Of a DNA stretch of 64,000 nucleotides, positions 1-13,052 are shown in pieces. Within the stretch, counting starts at the first letter, position 1. Every line of letters begins with the position of its first letter. The DNA is from Haliotis rufescens. Its lineage: Eukaryota. The position numbers and the translations under genes were made by a program. Where the stretch lies: positions 33,108,001 to 33,172,000 of the forward strand of contig NW_025964372.1 of assembly GCF_023055435.1 (NCBI RefSeq), written 5' to 3'. The notes under the pieces are model-generated. The model was given only the letters and a program-made list of their open reading frames with translations. It made no database searches and was not told the origin of the DNA.

Positions 1-203
1 CTGGTCGGCTCGGAGTCAGTATACTGTGTCTGAGTAGGGTATTCATGTTAAAACTGCGGCATGGTATCTCAGTGAGCTAGCACTATAAATCGGCATCAGT
101 CCGGACTAGTACAAGCAGCCACACAAACACACACACGTACATGCACGTCGCTATATAAGTGCAATAATCTTGGACGCGACGTTAAACCCCATTTCACCTC
201 ACC
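1..203 (+). mobile_element. 3' half of tRNA-derived SINE family C (Meta/MESC-domain-like), cut by window edge
   Basis: Reverse complement of the copies at 15635-15994 and 52968-53319; ends GACGTTAAACCCCATTT(CACCT)n. Confidence 0.8.
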
Positions 204-240
204 TGATTATAAGAGCTCGCCAAGCCGATTTGGTTGGGAA

Positions 241-668
241 TTAACCGCTATCAGTATATTCCTTTATATAGTTATCTAAATGGTATTTTTTAGCAGTATA
301 GAGAAGGATGTTGCATATGCTTACTGGACGGCTAATATTGACAATAGCGTTGGTAGCAATGTGAGCACAAAATAGATCTTTTCTTATTGAGTTACAGTCG
401 TTATTGCAGAGCCTTCCTAATAATTGTAGTCTACATTTATCAATGTGGCCATTCATCGACCACATTCCCAAGTTAGAAATAGACGAATCGGTTGGATGTA
501 TTTTACCAAACCCTTGTATATGACGAGCAAAGTAACGTTGTGTACATTCAATCATTTCAAGTTCTTCACCGTATAAGGCTGGTAACAATTCACATCCATA
601 ACAGCTTGTAGATAAAATCATTATTTTCCATATATTGACACATGCAACTGGGTGGAGGTCGGAATCGT
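241..668 (-). pseudogene. Decayed non-LTR retrotransposon ORF2 fragment (region C-terminal to RT)
   Basis: ORF 241-717 contains LHPV...YGCELL...IECTQRYFARHIQG...LG..S....ID..RL.LLGRL, the typical post-RT segment of LINE ORF2. Confidence 0.65.
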
Positions 669-893
669 GAGATTTGAGAACACTGAAATGATCAATAAGA
701 TCATGTAACATAAACATGCATAAACGGGTACAGAGAAATTGGTGGAAACAAACTGAAATAGATTTTAATAAAAAATAAATATTGTACTAAACAACTTGCC
801 TGTGCACAAGCGGTTCCTAAGGATAGGATATTGCATAGACAACACAAACCTGTTTGACTATTTTGAGTTGTTGTAGATTGGTGAATAGAAAGT
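669..893. repeat. 225-bp direct repeat, copy 1
   Basis: Appears identical to 1445-1669 (GAGATTTGAGAACAC...GAATAGAAAGT). Confidence 0.9.
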
Positions 894-1444
894 GAACATG
901 ATGTTAGTAATCGCAATTCATTTTAACTGTCTCTCTGTATATGCAGGTTGATTAATGCCTTCAGTAAATATATCTTCTTCTTATAATTAGGTCAGCTTAC
1001 TCTTGAATACACAATGTCACTCGCCTTAGAGAAAGTTGTATCTAATTACAGAGTCCGCCTAATGTGCAGGTGAGTCTACAATACCTGCACTCGTTCAATT
1101 ACAATCTGCCACACCACGAATAAACAGTTATATTATATTATATATTTTCGTTAATTGTAGATAAATGAGGTTGAAAGACACAAAAAGTTGAAGAGAAAGA
1201 TAACTAAAGAAAGATAACTGGACGATCAACTGGATGTTACATTGCTTATTTCAGCTAACGGTACTGTTGTGAACATATGCACTAGGCATAAGATTTAAAG
1301 ACTAATAAAATAAGACCGTACAAACAATAAATACAAATAAAATATATCTTGGTATCATCTGTTGTGTTTTAGATGATGGTTATGATCTGAAACCTTATAA
1401 AGTTAGAATAGGAAGGAGAAACATTAAAGTGTTTTATGATCCCC

Positions 1445-1669
1445 GAGATTTGAGAACACTGAAATGATCAATAAGATCATGTAACATAAACATGCATAAA
1501 CGGGTACAGAGAAATTGGTGGAAACAAACTGAAATAGATTTTAATAAAAAATAAATATTGTACTAAACAACTTGCCTGTGCACAAGCGGTTCCTAAGGAT
1601 AGGATATTGCATAGACAACACAAACCTGTTTGACTATTTTGAGTTGTTGTAGATTGGTGAATAGAAAGT
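1445..1669. repeat. 225-bp direct repeat, copy 2
   Basis: Appears identical to 669-893. Confidence 0.9.
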
Positions 1670-2724
1670 CCTTTTCATGCTGTGTATGCTTCCATATGCA
1701 CATTACAAATTCAGATATACCACATGTGTGAAACATTATGAAGCTGGGAACTGAGATGCCAAGTATTACCTGCATTCACACACGGAAGCAATATGACTCT
1801 GGTGTGTATGCCCTTTCCTCTGAAAAATGTAACTTTAAACTATTTTGAATTGTAGCAAACATAGCAATGAATAAAACTTGGTAACGCAACGTTACAGGGG
1901 TGTCTACGATAGATTTGATTTTCAGTTTATTAACAGCTTTGATTTATAGGGATTATGTACTGTAGCCACTTTCTCTAATTTATCTGCAAATCAGAATTTT
2001 AAATTTTCATGTAATAGCATTGTTACTAAAATCTGGCTGTTTGTATGGGGTATGATTAGATGAATCGTCTGGTCATACATTATACGATTCTTACCCGATC
2101 GAATGTACCACATATTCCAGCAGAGAGTTATTTTTATATATTTTTATTATATGAATGTATTGTTAATTGTAGTAGATACTTACATCACTGTATCCCAGAA
2201 CGCAGAACTGATAACATCCAAACATGTAATTAGTACACAGAGAATTGTTACATAGCATTTCCAGTAAAAACCCTTCTTGAACAGAGCCAACATGTATATA
2301 TGCTCCAATCGATGCAACTGTGTGTCCACATGTACAGTCTCAGCTGGCTAACGTCACATCTTCCATCAAGTCAGATCTATTTTTCAAGCATAGTTTAATT
2401 TCCGAAGACATTTTGAATGGAAGGAATTAAAACTCAATTCGTTACATAATCATATTAAACAAACCTATACGTGTATTTTGCCAAATTAAAAAAGATTATA
2501 CACCCGTTCTACTTATATATCTTATATCACATATGATCTTAACTGCGCAATATTTATTCAGGATAATCAATTAGTCTCGTTCCTAATTCGAATGAGCACA
2601 TTCTGACTCTAAATCTGCATAATGACAGACATAATTCTTCTTAGTACAATGCACTATCATTTCTTCCCCTTCAATCTATTGTACTTAACATTTGAAGTCA
2701 CTGTAAAGTTTCAAGAAGTACTGT

Positions 2725-3001
2725 AGTGAGTGAGTTTGGTTTAACGCCGCTTTTAACAATATTCCAGTTATATCGCGGCGTGTCATCTTAATGTGGGAGG
2801 AAAGCCCGAAGTGATGCAGGTCTCGGACGTTTACCCCTTCGGTGAAACCCAGGAGCACGGGTATGGTGCTGACAAACCTAGAATCATAATCGGGGCGAAC
2901 CGGGATTCGAACCCACAATCATAGGTTTCTGGCGTGCCCAAGGGACGCAACTCTGCACAGTGAATCGCGGCGCCTTAGACGACTGGGCCACCCATGCGCC
3001 C
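2725..3001 (-). mobile_element. tRNA-derived SINE family B
   Basis: Minus strand has A box TGGCCCAGTCGTCTAAGG, B box GGTTCGAATCC and 3' GGAATATTGTTAAAAGCGGCGTTAAAC(ACTC)n; other copies at 5927, 13688, 21491, 41177. Confidence 0.85.
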
Positions 3002-4149
3002 TGTAATGGTGTGGTATTATGAATGAAATTAGAATATAAATAGTGAAAAAACAGTAACCATATGGAATGAATGAATGAATAATCTTTATTTCCTCCATAA
3101 GTATTGGAGAGTACAAACATGGAAATTAATTAATCAGTGTGTACATGCATGATAACAGATATGTATATAGTTAGGATACAACTAGAGAATAGACGTCAGC
3201 TGTCATGAGCTTATTTCTTTGGTGACAGCGTAAATTTGTCAACACAACTGGAAGTATTCTGATGCTACCGTGCATGCGCAGAAACTGTGCAAGGGGTCCA
3301 GCGGAAATAGCCGAGTGGCCACTCCCTAAACATAGACTCACCATTGTCATACCTACAGGTTCAAGGTCAGTGTGAAATGGTCACAACAACCCGTCGAGTA
3401 GAGATCACTCACGAATGATTCAGTATGGATTTGGGGTCCAGCACAAGATACTGCATTCACAGCAGTTAAAGACACGTTAACATGTAGTCAAGTACACATA
3501 TTTCTATGATTCTATGATCCAGCTTTACCAGTAGTGGCCAGTGCTGATGACAGTAGTCACGCCATAGCTGGAGTACTGCTTCAAGTACATGGTGATGTAT
3601 TACGTTCTTCTGTTCACGCACCCTAACGGCCGGCCTTACATCATTCAAGCTTCAGATGGATCATAAACCGTTGATCAACTGCCATGATCTCAATGCTTGC
3701 TTAAGAGATTTTAACGTTTCAATACCAATGCTGACTATCTACCAGACAAGAATTTCCTTGTACCAGACACACTGTCAAGAGTGAGTGAGTGAGTGAGTGA
3801 GGTTTATCGAACCCAGGTCCTCAGCGTGAAGAGCGAACGCTTTAACCACTAGGCTACCCGACCGCTGAGTGAGTGAGAGTGAAGTAGCGATGTATAGGTT
3901 TCATGTGGGAAGAAATCCCAAAGTGACGTTTACCGCTTAGATGAAAATAAGAGCGACAAAACCCTTTTCATTTCCATAAGATATCTCTGCTAAAAGCAGA
4001 GTCGATTGTACGATTCCATGTGTTTATGAACCCACACACACTTATATAGTGCCTACAATGCCAGGACAAAACTCAGTACAATCCGAACACTCGATCAACA
4101 GATTAAACTATTTGTGTATATGCCCAATTTTTTATATTTTTAACATATA

Positions 4150-4324
4150 CAGTAAAGTACGGTTATAACGAACTCAAAGGGACTACTAATTTTATTTCGT
4201 TTTAACCGTAGTTCGTTATAAGCATATATACAGCATAACTAAAGCAAATAGTCGGGACCAAAAAAGTAGTTCGTTATATCCGTCAGGTCGTTAAAAGCGT
4301 GTTCGTTATAACCGTAGTTTACTG
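4150..4324. mobile_element. Tc1/mariner-pogo type MITE (TA TSD)
   Basis: TA|CAGTAAAGTACGGTTATAACGAAC ... GTTCGTTATAACCGTAGTTTACTG|TA; duplicated at 8787-8961. Confidence 0.85.
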
Positions 4325-4416
4325 TACATTAATTTTTAATTTCCATCAGACTAACAATCATTTTCTTGTTTTGTATATTTGTGTTTGACAGACGTTAACA
4401 TAGGTACAATACGATG

Positions 4417-5220
4417 TCATGTTGTAATAAAACCAAGATGTCTGTCATCCTGACTATACTGTAGGTGATACTGAAATTCCCAATAGCTGTCGTCCCTGTC
4501 GTGCACTAGGGAGCAGCGTTCTAGCGTCAACACCATCATACCATCAAGTTGTTGCGGCACCACGCAATACATCAGCTTTTTGGCAATCCCAAACTGTATG
4601 TGTCCCCCAAGAGGACCTGGATTCAGTTGCCACTGCCCTTCTTTACCAGCGTTACAAGAACACAAAGTTTCTCTTAAGATCAACTTCCCAGTTGTTGGAA
4701 CAATGCATTTTCCGTCAAGTAGAAACTGGCCATATTTGTCAATAGTGAATTGATTCTCAGGAAGGATTCTATGTCGAAAGCATCTATAGGAGAGAGTCAG
4801 TACACCGCCAGATGTCGCCGTTATACATGAATGGGTTAAAGCGTTTTCAATCTCACCATAATTAACAGCATCTTTAGTTGGAATTTTCATGTCAGGTGTT
4901 ATTACCTTCAGGAACCATCTGAAACTTTTTGATCTTAGACGCTGACGTAAACGCTTTCTCTCTTTAATAGAGTCTAGATCGGATACGGTAAATTCTGGCA
5001 TTATTGCTTCATATCGCTGAGTAGCGAGAAATATTTCCTTGTAGTCGTCCATCCACACCTCTGCAACTCGCATCAAATTTTTACGTAATATGTTTTGAAA
5101 ATCTTCCTGGAAGCGAAACGGCCCGGATTTGAAAACATGTCCGACCTTTGAGCAAGGAACTGTGAGTATTCTTCCTCCGGTCATCCATGTCTTGAAGGAG
5201 AGTTCCAGGTGCTCGCCACC
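4417..5220 (-). pseudogene. Orphan duplicated 3' part of GALNT exon 3 (GGEH onwards plus lectin domain)
   Basis: Near-identical to 9054-9857; N-terminal MWMLSVLR of the ORF call is read-through from the duplication junction; no upstream exons. Confidence 0.85.
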
Positions 5221-5261
5221 ACGCAGAACTGATAACATCCACACATGTAATTAGTACACAG

Positions 5262-5429
5262 AGTGAGTGAGTGAGTATGGTTTTACGCCGCTTTTAGCAA
5301 TATTCCAGCAATATCACGGCGGGGGACACCAGAAATGGGCTTCACACATTGTACCCATGTCGGGAATCGAACCCGGGTCTTCGGCGTGACAAGCGAAAGC
5401 CTTAACCACTAGGCTACCCGACCGCCCCC
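5262..5429 (-). mobile_element. tRNA-derived SINE family A, recent insertion with TSD ATTAGTACACAGAG
   Basis: Head GGGGCGGTCGGGTAGCCTAGTGGTTAA...GGTTCGATTCCC, (ACTC)n tail; empty site in the paralogous segment at ~2230. Confidence 0.9.
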
Positions 5430-5926
5430 ATTATTAGTACACAGAGAATTGTTACATAGCATTTCCTGTACAGCCCTGCTTGAACAGAGCCCACATGTAT
5501 ATATGCTCCAATCGATGCAACTGTGTGTCCACATGTACAGTCTCAGCTGGCTAACGTCACATCTTCCATCAAGTCAGATCTATTCTCCAAGCATAGTTTA
5601 AATTCCGAAGACATTTTGAATGAAAGGAATTAAAACAAAATTCGTTACATAATCATATTTAACAAACCTATACGTGTATTTTGCCAAATTAAAAAAGATT
5701 ATACACCCGTTCTACTTATATATCTTATATCACATATGATCTTAACTGCGCAATATTTATTCAGGATAATCAATTAGTCTCGTTCCTAATTCGAATGAGC
5801 ACATTCTGACTCTAAATCTGCATAATGACAGACATAATTCTTCTTAGTACAATGCACTATCATTTCTTCCCCTTCAATCTATTGTACTTAACATTTGAAG
5901 TCACTGTAAAGTTTCAAGAAGTACTG

Positions 5927-6204
5927 TAGTGAGTGAGTTTGGTTTAACGCCGCTTTTAACAATATTCCAGTTATATCGCGGCGTGTCATCTTAATGTGGG
6001 AGGAAAGCCTGAAGTGATGCAGGTCTCAGACGTTTACCCCTTCGGTGAAACCCAGGAGCACGGGTATGGTGCTGACAAACCTAGAATCATAATCGGGGCG
6101 AACCGGGATTCGAACCCACAATCATAGGTTTCTGGCGTGCCCAAGGGACGCAACTCTGCACAGTGAATCGCGGCGCCTTAGACGACTGGGCCACCCATGC
6201 GCCC
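5927..6204 (-). mobile_element. SINE family B (duplicated copy)
   Basis: Near-identical to 2725-3001. Confidence 0.85.
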
Positions 6205-6977
6205 TGTAATGGTGTGGTATTATGAATGAAATTAGAATATAAATAGTGAAAAAACAGTAACCATATGGAATGAATGAATGAATAATCTTTATTTCCTCCA
6301 TAATTATTGGAGAGTACAAACATGGAAATTAATTAATCAGTGTGTACATGCATGATAACAGATATGTATATAGTTAGGATACAACTAGAGAATAGACGTC
6401 AGCTGTCATGAGCTTATTTCTTTGGTGACAGCGTAAATTTGTCAACACAACTGGAAGTATTCTGATGCTACCGTGCATGCGCAGAAACTGTGCAAGGGAT
6501 CCAGCGGAAATAGCCGAGTGCCCACTCCCTAAACATAGACTCACCATGGTCATACCTACAGGTTCAAGGTCAGTGTGAAATGGTCACAACAACCCGTCGA
6601 GTAGAGATCACTCACGAATGATTCAGTATGGATTTGGGGTCCAGCACAAGATACTGCATTCACAGCAGTTAAAGACACGTTAACAAGTAGTCAAGTACAC
6701 GTATTCTATGATTCTATGATCCAGCTTTACCAGTAGTGGCCAGTGCTGATGACAGTAGTCACGCCATAGCTGGAGTACTGCTTCAAGTACATGGTGATGT
6801 ATTACGTTCTTCTGTTCACGCACCCTAACGGCCTTACATCATTCAAGCTTCAGACGGATCATAAATCGTTGATCAACTGCCATGATCTCAATGCTTGCTT
6901 AAGAGACTTTAACGTTTCAATACCAATGCTGAATATCTACCAGACAAGAATTTCCTTGTACCAGACACACTGCCAAG

Positions 6978-7140
6978 AGTGAGTGAGTGAGGTTTTACGC
7001 CGCTTTTAGCAATATTCCAGCAATATCACGGCGGGGGACACCAGAAATGGGCTTCACACATTGTACCCATGTCGGGAATCGAACCCGGGTCTTCGGCGTG
7101 ACGAGCGAACGCTTTAACCACTAGGCTACCCGACCGCCCC
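6978..7140 (-). mobile_element. SINE family A
   Basis: Full-length match to 5262-5429. Confidence 0.88.
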
Positions 7141-7207
7141 TACGACTGTCGTAAGGTATTGGAGTTACGAGCACATTAGCGCTAAGATCGCTTTGTACAA
7201 CGGCACC

Positions 7208-7455
7208 ATGGCCGTGATCTACCTTCACAAGTTCGTGCATACCACCAGATACGCACTGATGTCTCAGTCGATAATCATCTCTTGATATTCAGGGATCGCA
7301 TCGTTGTGCCAGCACAGTTGAGAGCTAAGATTGTGGATCAAATCTATCTAGGGCACCAGGGCATTAACAAATGCATATAGAGAGAGAGAGCCACTACAAG
7401 TGTATCGATGCCTGGCATTCAAGTGATATAAACGCAAACGTTTCACAGTGTGCTG
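7208..7455 (+). pseudogene. Gypsy/Ty3 LTR retrotransposon pol fragment (integrase H2C2 zinc-binding region)
   Basis: 7261 onward translates VSVDNHLLIFRDRIVVPAQLRAKIVDQIYLGHQGINKC*, matching the LSV.DG.L....RIVIP..LR..IL..IH.GH.GI.KC Gypsy pattern. Confidence 0.75.
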
Positions 7456-7458
7456 GTA

Positions 7459-7806
7459 TACACGCAACGTTTGGAATTAAGATTTGATAAGATTTGTGGG
7501 CTAGAAAGGGAAAATAGTAGGATATGTACGGTACATGGTCTGTGGATCCACATCGGTAGACCAGTTAGTCTGGAGTTTCAAAAAACACAGTGTACCGAGA
7601 GTTAGAGGTATGCTACAGCAGTTAATATTCTGAACAGCAAAATTTACCTTATTTCTCGTTTATGACGCTAGTCTGTATCCACATTTAATGATGACGTGCA
7701 TTTCCTTTTGCCTTTTCTGATAAACGGCACCCAGAAATGTGGATCCAACAATCTCGATACTAGCGCCATGCCAAGATTGACGAAGAATCAGAGAAACCAG
7801 GCTTTA
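7459..7806 (+). mobile_element. 5' remnant of a Tc1-like element
   Basis: Encodes MPRLTKNQRNQAL at ~7768, resembling a Tc1 transposase N-terminus, then truncated. Confidence 0.45.
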
Positions 7807-7878
7807 GTTCGTTTGTCGTTTAACGCCGAACTCAGCAATATTCTAGCTATGTGGCGGCGGTCTGTAAGTAATCAGGTC

Positions 7879-8175
7879 GCCCGAGAAGTTCCGGGGTAGA
7901 ATATGTCTTCAGCAACCCATGGTTGCCGTAAAAGGCGACTTTGCTTGTCAGCATGAGATTAGAATAATTGAATGTCGTTGAATGTTTCTAACATAAGAGG
8001 CGACTAGCGGGATAGGTAGGTCAGGCTCGCTGACTTGGTTGTATCACGTCATCGTATCGCAATTGCGTGGTTTGATGCTCCTGATATCAATCACTGGATT
8101 GTCTGGTGGAAACTCGAGTATTTACAGACCGCCGTCATGTTGCTGGAATAGTGCGGCGTTAAACAACAAACAAAC
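7879..8175 (+). mobile_element. SINE-like family D (non-tRNA structured head), degenerate
   Basis: CCGGGGTAGAATA.GTCTTCAGCAACCCA ... GGCGTTAAACAACAAAC; matches 43225-43470. Confidence 0.75.
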
Positions 8176-8357
8176 TCACACCAAAAGATACTAAGAGATG
8201 TTAGTCAGGGTAATGTAATGGGTATACAAGTTCAGTAGGTAGGCCTGCACAATAACACCAGCATAAATACGGACTGGCTGGTACAAACAGCCACACACGC
8301 ACTAGAATGCTCGTCACGATTTGGGTGCCATAATCTTGAACACAGCCTTAAACCCTA

Positions 8358-8503
8358 GTGAGTGAGTGAGGATAGTTTTACGCCGCTTTTAGCAATATTC
8401 CAGCAATACACGGCGGGGGGACACCAGAAATGGGCTTCACACATTGCACCCATGTCGGGAATCGAACCCAGGAACGCTTTAACCACTAGGCTACCCGACC
8501 GCC
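8358..8503 (-). mobile_element. SINE family A (internal deletion)
   Basis: Matches family A consensus with an ~18-bp deletion. Confidence 0.8.
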
Positions 8504-8786
8504 GAGTGAGTGAGAGTGAAGTAGCGATGTATAGGTTTCATGTGGGAAGAAATCCCAAAGTGACGTTTACCGCTTAGATGAAAATAAGAGCGACAAAACC
8601 CTTTTCATTTCCATAAGATATCTCTGCTAAAAGCAGAGTCGATTGTACGATTCCATGTGTTTATGAACCCACACACACTAATATAGTGCCTACAATGCCA
8701 GGACAAAACTCAGTACAATCCGAACACTCGATCAACGGATTAAACTATTTGTGTATATGCCCATTTTTTTATATTTTTAACATATA

Positions 8787-8961
8787 CAGTAAAGTACGGT
8801 TATAACGAACTCAAAGGGACTACTAATTTTATTTCGTTTTAACCGTAGTTCGTTATAAGCATATATACAGCATAACCTAAGCAAATAGTCGGGACCAAAA
8901 AAGTAGTTCGTTATATCCGTCAGGTCGTTATAAGCGTGTTCGTTATAACCGTAGTTTACTG
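8787..8961. mobile_element. Tc1/mariner-pogo type MITE (TA TSD)
   Basis: Same TIRs as 4150-4324; lies just 3' of the GALNT stop codon. Confidence 0.85.
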
Positions 8962-9053
8962 TACATTAATTTTTAACTTCCATCAGACTAACAATCATTT
9001 TCTTGTTTTGTATATTTGTGTTTGACAGACGTTAACATAGGTACAATACGATG

Positions 9054-12000
9054 TCATGTCGTAATAAAACCAAGATGTCTGTCATCCTGACTATACTGTA
9101 GGTGATACTGAAATTCCCAATAGCTGTCGTCCCTGTCGTGCACTAGGGAGCAGCGTTCTAGCGTCAACACCATCATACCATCAAGTTGTTGCGGCACCAC
9201 GCAATACATCAGCTTTTTGGCAATCCCAAACTGTATGTGTCCCCCAAGAGGACCTGGATTCAGTTGCCACTGCCCTTCTTTACTAGCGTTACAAGAACAC
9301 AAAGTTTCTCTTAAGATCAACTTCCCAGTTGTTGGAACAATGCATTTTCCGTCATGTAGAAACTGGCCATATTTGTCAATAGTGAATTGATTCTCAGGAA
9401 GGATTCTATGTCGAAAGCATCTATAGGAGAGAGTCAGTACACCGCCAGATGTCGCCGTTATACATGAATGGGTTAAAGCGTTTTCAATCTCACCATAATT
9501 AACAGCATCTTTAGTTGGAATTTTCATGTCAGGTGTTATTACCTTCAGGAACCATCTGAAACTTTTTGATCTTAGACGCTGACGTAAACGCTTTCTCTCT
9601 TTAATAGAGTCTAGATCGGATACGGTAAATTCTGGCATTATTGCTTCATATCGCTGAGTAGCGAGAAATATTTCCTTGTAGTCGTCCATCCACACCTCTG
9701 CTACTCGCATCAAATTTTTACGTAATATGTTTTGAAAATCTTCCTGGAAGCGAAACGGCCCGGATTTGAAAACATGTCCGACCTTTGAGCAAGGAACTGT
9801 GAGTATTCTTCCTCCGGTCATCCATGTCTTGAAGGAGAGTTCCAGGTGCTCGCCACCCCAGATCTGCAGCTCAGGATCGAATCCGCCAGTTGACATGAAA
9901 TGTTCCCTCCAGACCGCAATGGCACACCCGACCAATACAGGGGTGGGTATCGGATCTGCCATGGTCCTAAGAACCTGCTGTAAATAGTCGGGCTTGAAAA
10001 ACCAAGAGTATCTGCAGAGAAAATATAAGATTCCTTTCTGATAACCAACAAAAAACGTTGTAGTCACCGACAAGTTCGGCAAATCGTACAAACCCTATTA
10101 AAATATTTAGCTACTGATTATTTTTCAAATTTTCCAGCCATTGAAGAAAAAAGCAGCGTTAAAATGTAGTGTGACCTGTGAGCAATAAATACCACAATAA
10201 TCTTCTGGTATAGAAGTTGGCTTTTCAAGACAAGATACATACATTCCCAGTCACTGAGGTAGGTATGATATCATAGAGTGTATTGATCATTGGTCATATA
10301 TACAAAAGCGAAAATATTGTACATTCCACAAAGAAGGGCTTGATACGGACGGGAATGTTTACGCCAATTAATCAATTAAGAGACAATATAACATACAATT
10401 AACCTAACTTCTAAGGAGTAGTTCAATCTGATAAACGGTTGGATGGGTCAGTTTGTTGTTACGCTGATTTGATATATCCGTGATATATCAAGGGTGGTCG
10501 TCGCAGGATTCTATCAGGATTTTTTTACCACTACAGCTTGCAACAATGTATCTTTTGTGTTAAATTATAAGCACTGCATATATTAAGTAACATTTGTTCA
10601 TACTTGTTGGTAAGTTTACCACATGAGAAACGTTGTGTGTTTTAACTGTCACACAGAACTCACAATCTTAAATTTATAGATTTTTCATTATGTCATCTTC
10701 TCCAAAATCTAACTCAGTTCCTGTTTGGCAATTCAAGTCGCCTCCTAGAATTTGGTTGTTCGTTTTAGCGCCGCGCTCAGCAATATTCCAGCTATATGAC
10801 GGCGGTCTGTATATAATCGAGTCTGGACCAGACAATCCAGTGATTGACATGAGCATCGATCCACGCAATTGGGATAGGATGACATGCAGCAACCAAGTCA
10901 GCGAGCCTGACCACCCGATCACGTTAGTCGCCTCTTACGATAAGCATAGTCACCTTTTACGGCAAGCATTGGTTGCTGAAGACCTATTCTACCCCGGATC
11001 TTCACGGGTCCGCCTCCAAGGACATTTGATACATCATCGACTTGTTGTCATAACGAAACTAAACTCGAATCAAACTTACCGTAAATCCCATCCAAATCCA
11101 CCTACAAAGGTGGTCTCCTTTTCTTCTGAGAAGTTCAATGTTTTGGCATCTACAGAAACAACATCGGGTTGTACTATCGTGGCGGGTCCACCATTCACTA
11201 GCTGTTCCAACAAGGGCTCGAGCCACCCTACGTTTACCTCCATGTGGCTGTCTAGGAATACGATTACCTCCCCTTCCGCTACTGAAGCTCCTATCATCCT
11301 CGACCGTGACAGACCCTGCCGATGATTATTTCTCATGACCTTTACCCTTGAATCGAGAATCTTGAAATAATCGTCAAGACGTTTATCTAGAAAGGAGTGT
11401 TCACTTTTGTCATCCACAATAATTATTTCTTTCAGAAGTTCCTTTGGCGTCCGGGCAAGAAGTGAGTGGACGTGGCGCAAAAGTGTTGAAAGAGCCTCAT
11501 TATACATCGGTGACACGATGGTTACAGTGGGTAAGGTGGACATGTTGTATCCGGTTTTCTTGCAGTCATCTGGTCGTGTGTCCGGTAGTTGTCGTAAAAC
11601 GGGTATCTTGTCACTTACATCAACGTTAAAGCCAAAACTATCGGAAGATGATATGTTCTGTGTCTTCAAAAGGTAATGACGTGTTCGTCGTAACAGCTCT
11701 TCCTTGTGGCTGGGGCTGGAATCCAACAGTGCCCTGAAGTGCACTTGGGCATTGTCGTTAGTCTTGCCTTGGGCCATAGAGGCGGTTCTTCTGTCAAACG
11801 GATAAAATGGTTCAATAATTAAAAAACAATGACAACACAGCAAAACAAAACAATTTATTTCAACTGTGCGTCGTTATCTTTCGTGCGCCGTTGTTGGTGT
11901 TGATTAAGCGTCACTGCTAACTCATTTATTCTACATGTGGCATCGTCCCCCCAGCAACACTGAAGCGAATTTGATCTTATGAAACGAGGCTCTTCTGTTG

Positions 12001-12657
12001 GTGATATTTGTAATTCAAATATTTTGAGTATGTTTTTAGAGTCATCCCAGATTCATCCAGGGCTTCGACCCCACACCACGTTATTACACATATGGTTGTT
12101 CCATGGATGAGTAATATATGATGGGTACCCGGTAGAAAGAGCTGAGAATGTAATATGAAAGAACTCTGATCCAACGACAGGGTAACAATTGTGTCACAAA
12201 ATGAGCATGCTTTGAAAAATGGATATGNNNNNNNNNNNNNNNNNNNNNNNNNNNNNNNNNNNNNNNNNNNNNNNNNNNNNNNNNNNNNNNNNNNNNNNNN
12301 NNNNNNNNNNNNNNNNNNNNNNNNNNNNNNNNNNNNNNNNNNNNNNNNNNNNNNNNNNNNNNNNNNNNNNNACAAATAGCGGCTCTCATCGAGTTGGTTC
12401 CCAGCATGAAATAGCAACATTAAAAACCAATTCATAAATATATCTGTTTATGGCAAAAAATTAAAACAATGCTGCACAATCACCGGTTAAGTTGTGTCAA
12501 CATTAGTTTCCGTATCTCGCTCTTACCTTTTTTGTTGGGGTCGATCTTTTTCTCTGTTCGATCCAGTCGTCAAAAATAGACATAAACAGAGTATGTAAAA
12601 CGCAAACCAAAAAACAACAAAACTCGTCCACAAAAATATTGACCGCTGCCGAGCCAT
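9054..12657 (-). CDS. GALNT: Polypeptide N-acetylgalactosaminyltransferase (GT27), 3 coding exons complement(12527..12657, 11080..11790, 9054..10011), ~599 aa
   Basis: Exon 1 MARQRSIFLWTSFVVFWFAFYILCLCLFL (type II TM), not in the ORF track; GT-AG phase-2 junctions keep frame; motifs LPDTR, YNEA, IIIVDD, GLSRSR, FLDSH (DxH), GGFGW, WGGEH, PCSKVGH, RVAEVWMD; C-terminal ricin-type lectin. Intron 1 contains an assembly gap. Confidence 0.92.
10751..11010 (-). mobile_element. SINE-like family D in GALNT intron 2
   Basis: Minus strand starts GACCCGTGAAGATCCGGGGTAGAATAGG; shared 3' tail. Confidence 0.85.
12228..12371. other. Assembly gap (144 N)
   Basis: Run of N. Confidence 1.
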
Positions 12658-13052
12658 CGTTCAGCGAATCAATTACACATGTAGATATATAGCGTCAATG
12701 CAAGAGAATATACAGTCTGTAAACAATCTGTCCGCCTGCAGTTACCCTACCACTGTTTCGTGCTGGTGCATGATCGCTGTGATATGTAATTGCCCCCGTC
12801 TGTGAACATGAAGGTGTTTAATTTATGTTATCATCCAAAACTGGCTCCCACAGGAGATACCACTTGGGTGAGATCAAGCGATATCTACACTGTAGATATC
12901 GCTACAATGAAATTGCACCACAATGCTTTGCAGACCATTGTGACGTCATTGTTACCATGACGTCACAATCAAATGACATCACTAATGGCTCTGATACTTA
13001 TTACTTACTACAAACTAAAAAAGTTGGAAGAATGATGTTGGATGATAAACAA

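Larger units (their letters stand above)
2200..5220. repeat. Segmental tandem duplication, copy 1 (copy 2 = 5221-9857)
   Basis: 2200-3800 matches 5221-6995; 3806-5220 matches 8461-9857; junction at 5220/5221 falls inside the GALNT WGGE codons. Confidence 0.9.

Noticed and set aside
5262-5429. tRNA-like sequences as true tRNA genes (also 35796, 15994, 13688)
   Set aside because: They continue into shared SINE bodies and tails, have TSDs and lack a proper acceptor stem
10690-11325. 211-aa plus-strand ORF
   Set aside because: Runs through a SINE and antisense to GALNT exon 2; no recognisable domain
11977-12437. ORFs with X runs
   Set aside because: Artefacts of the N gap
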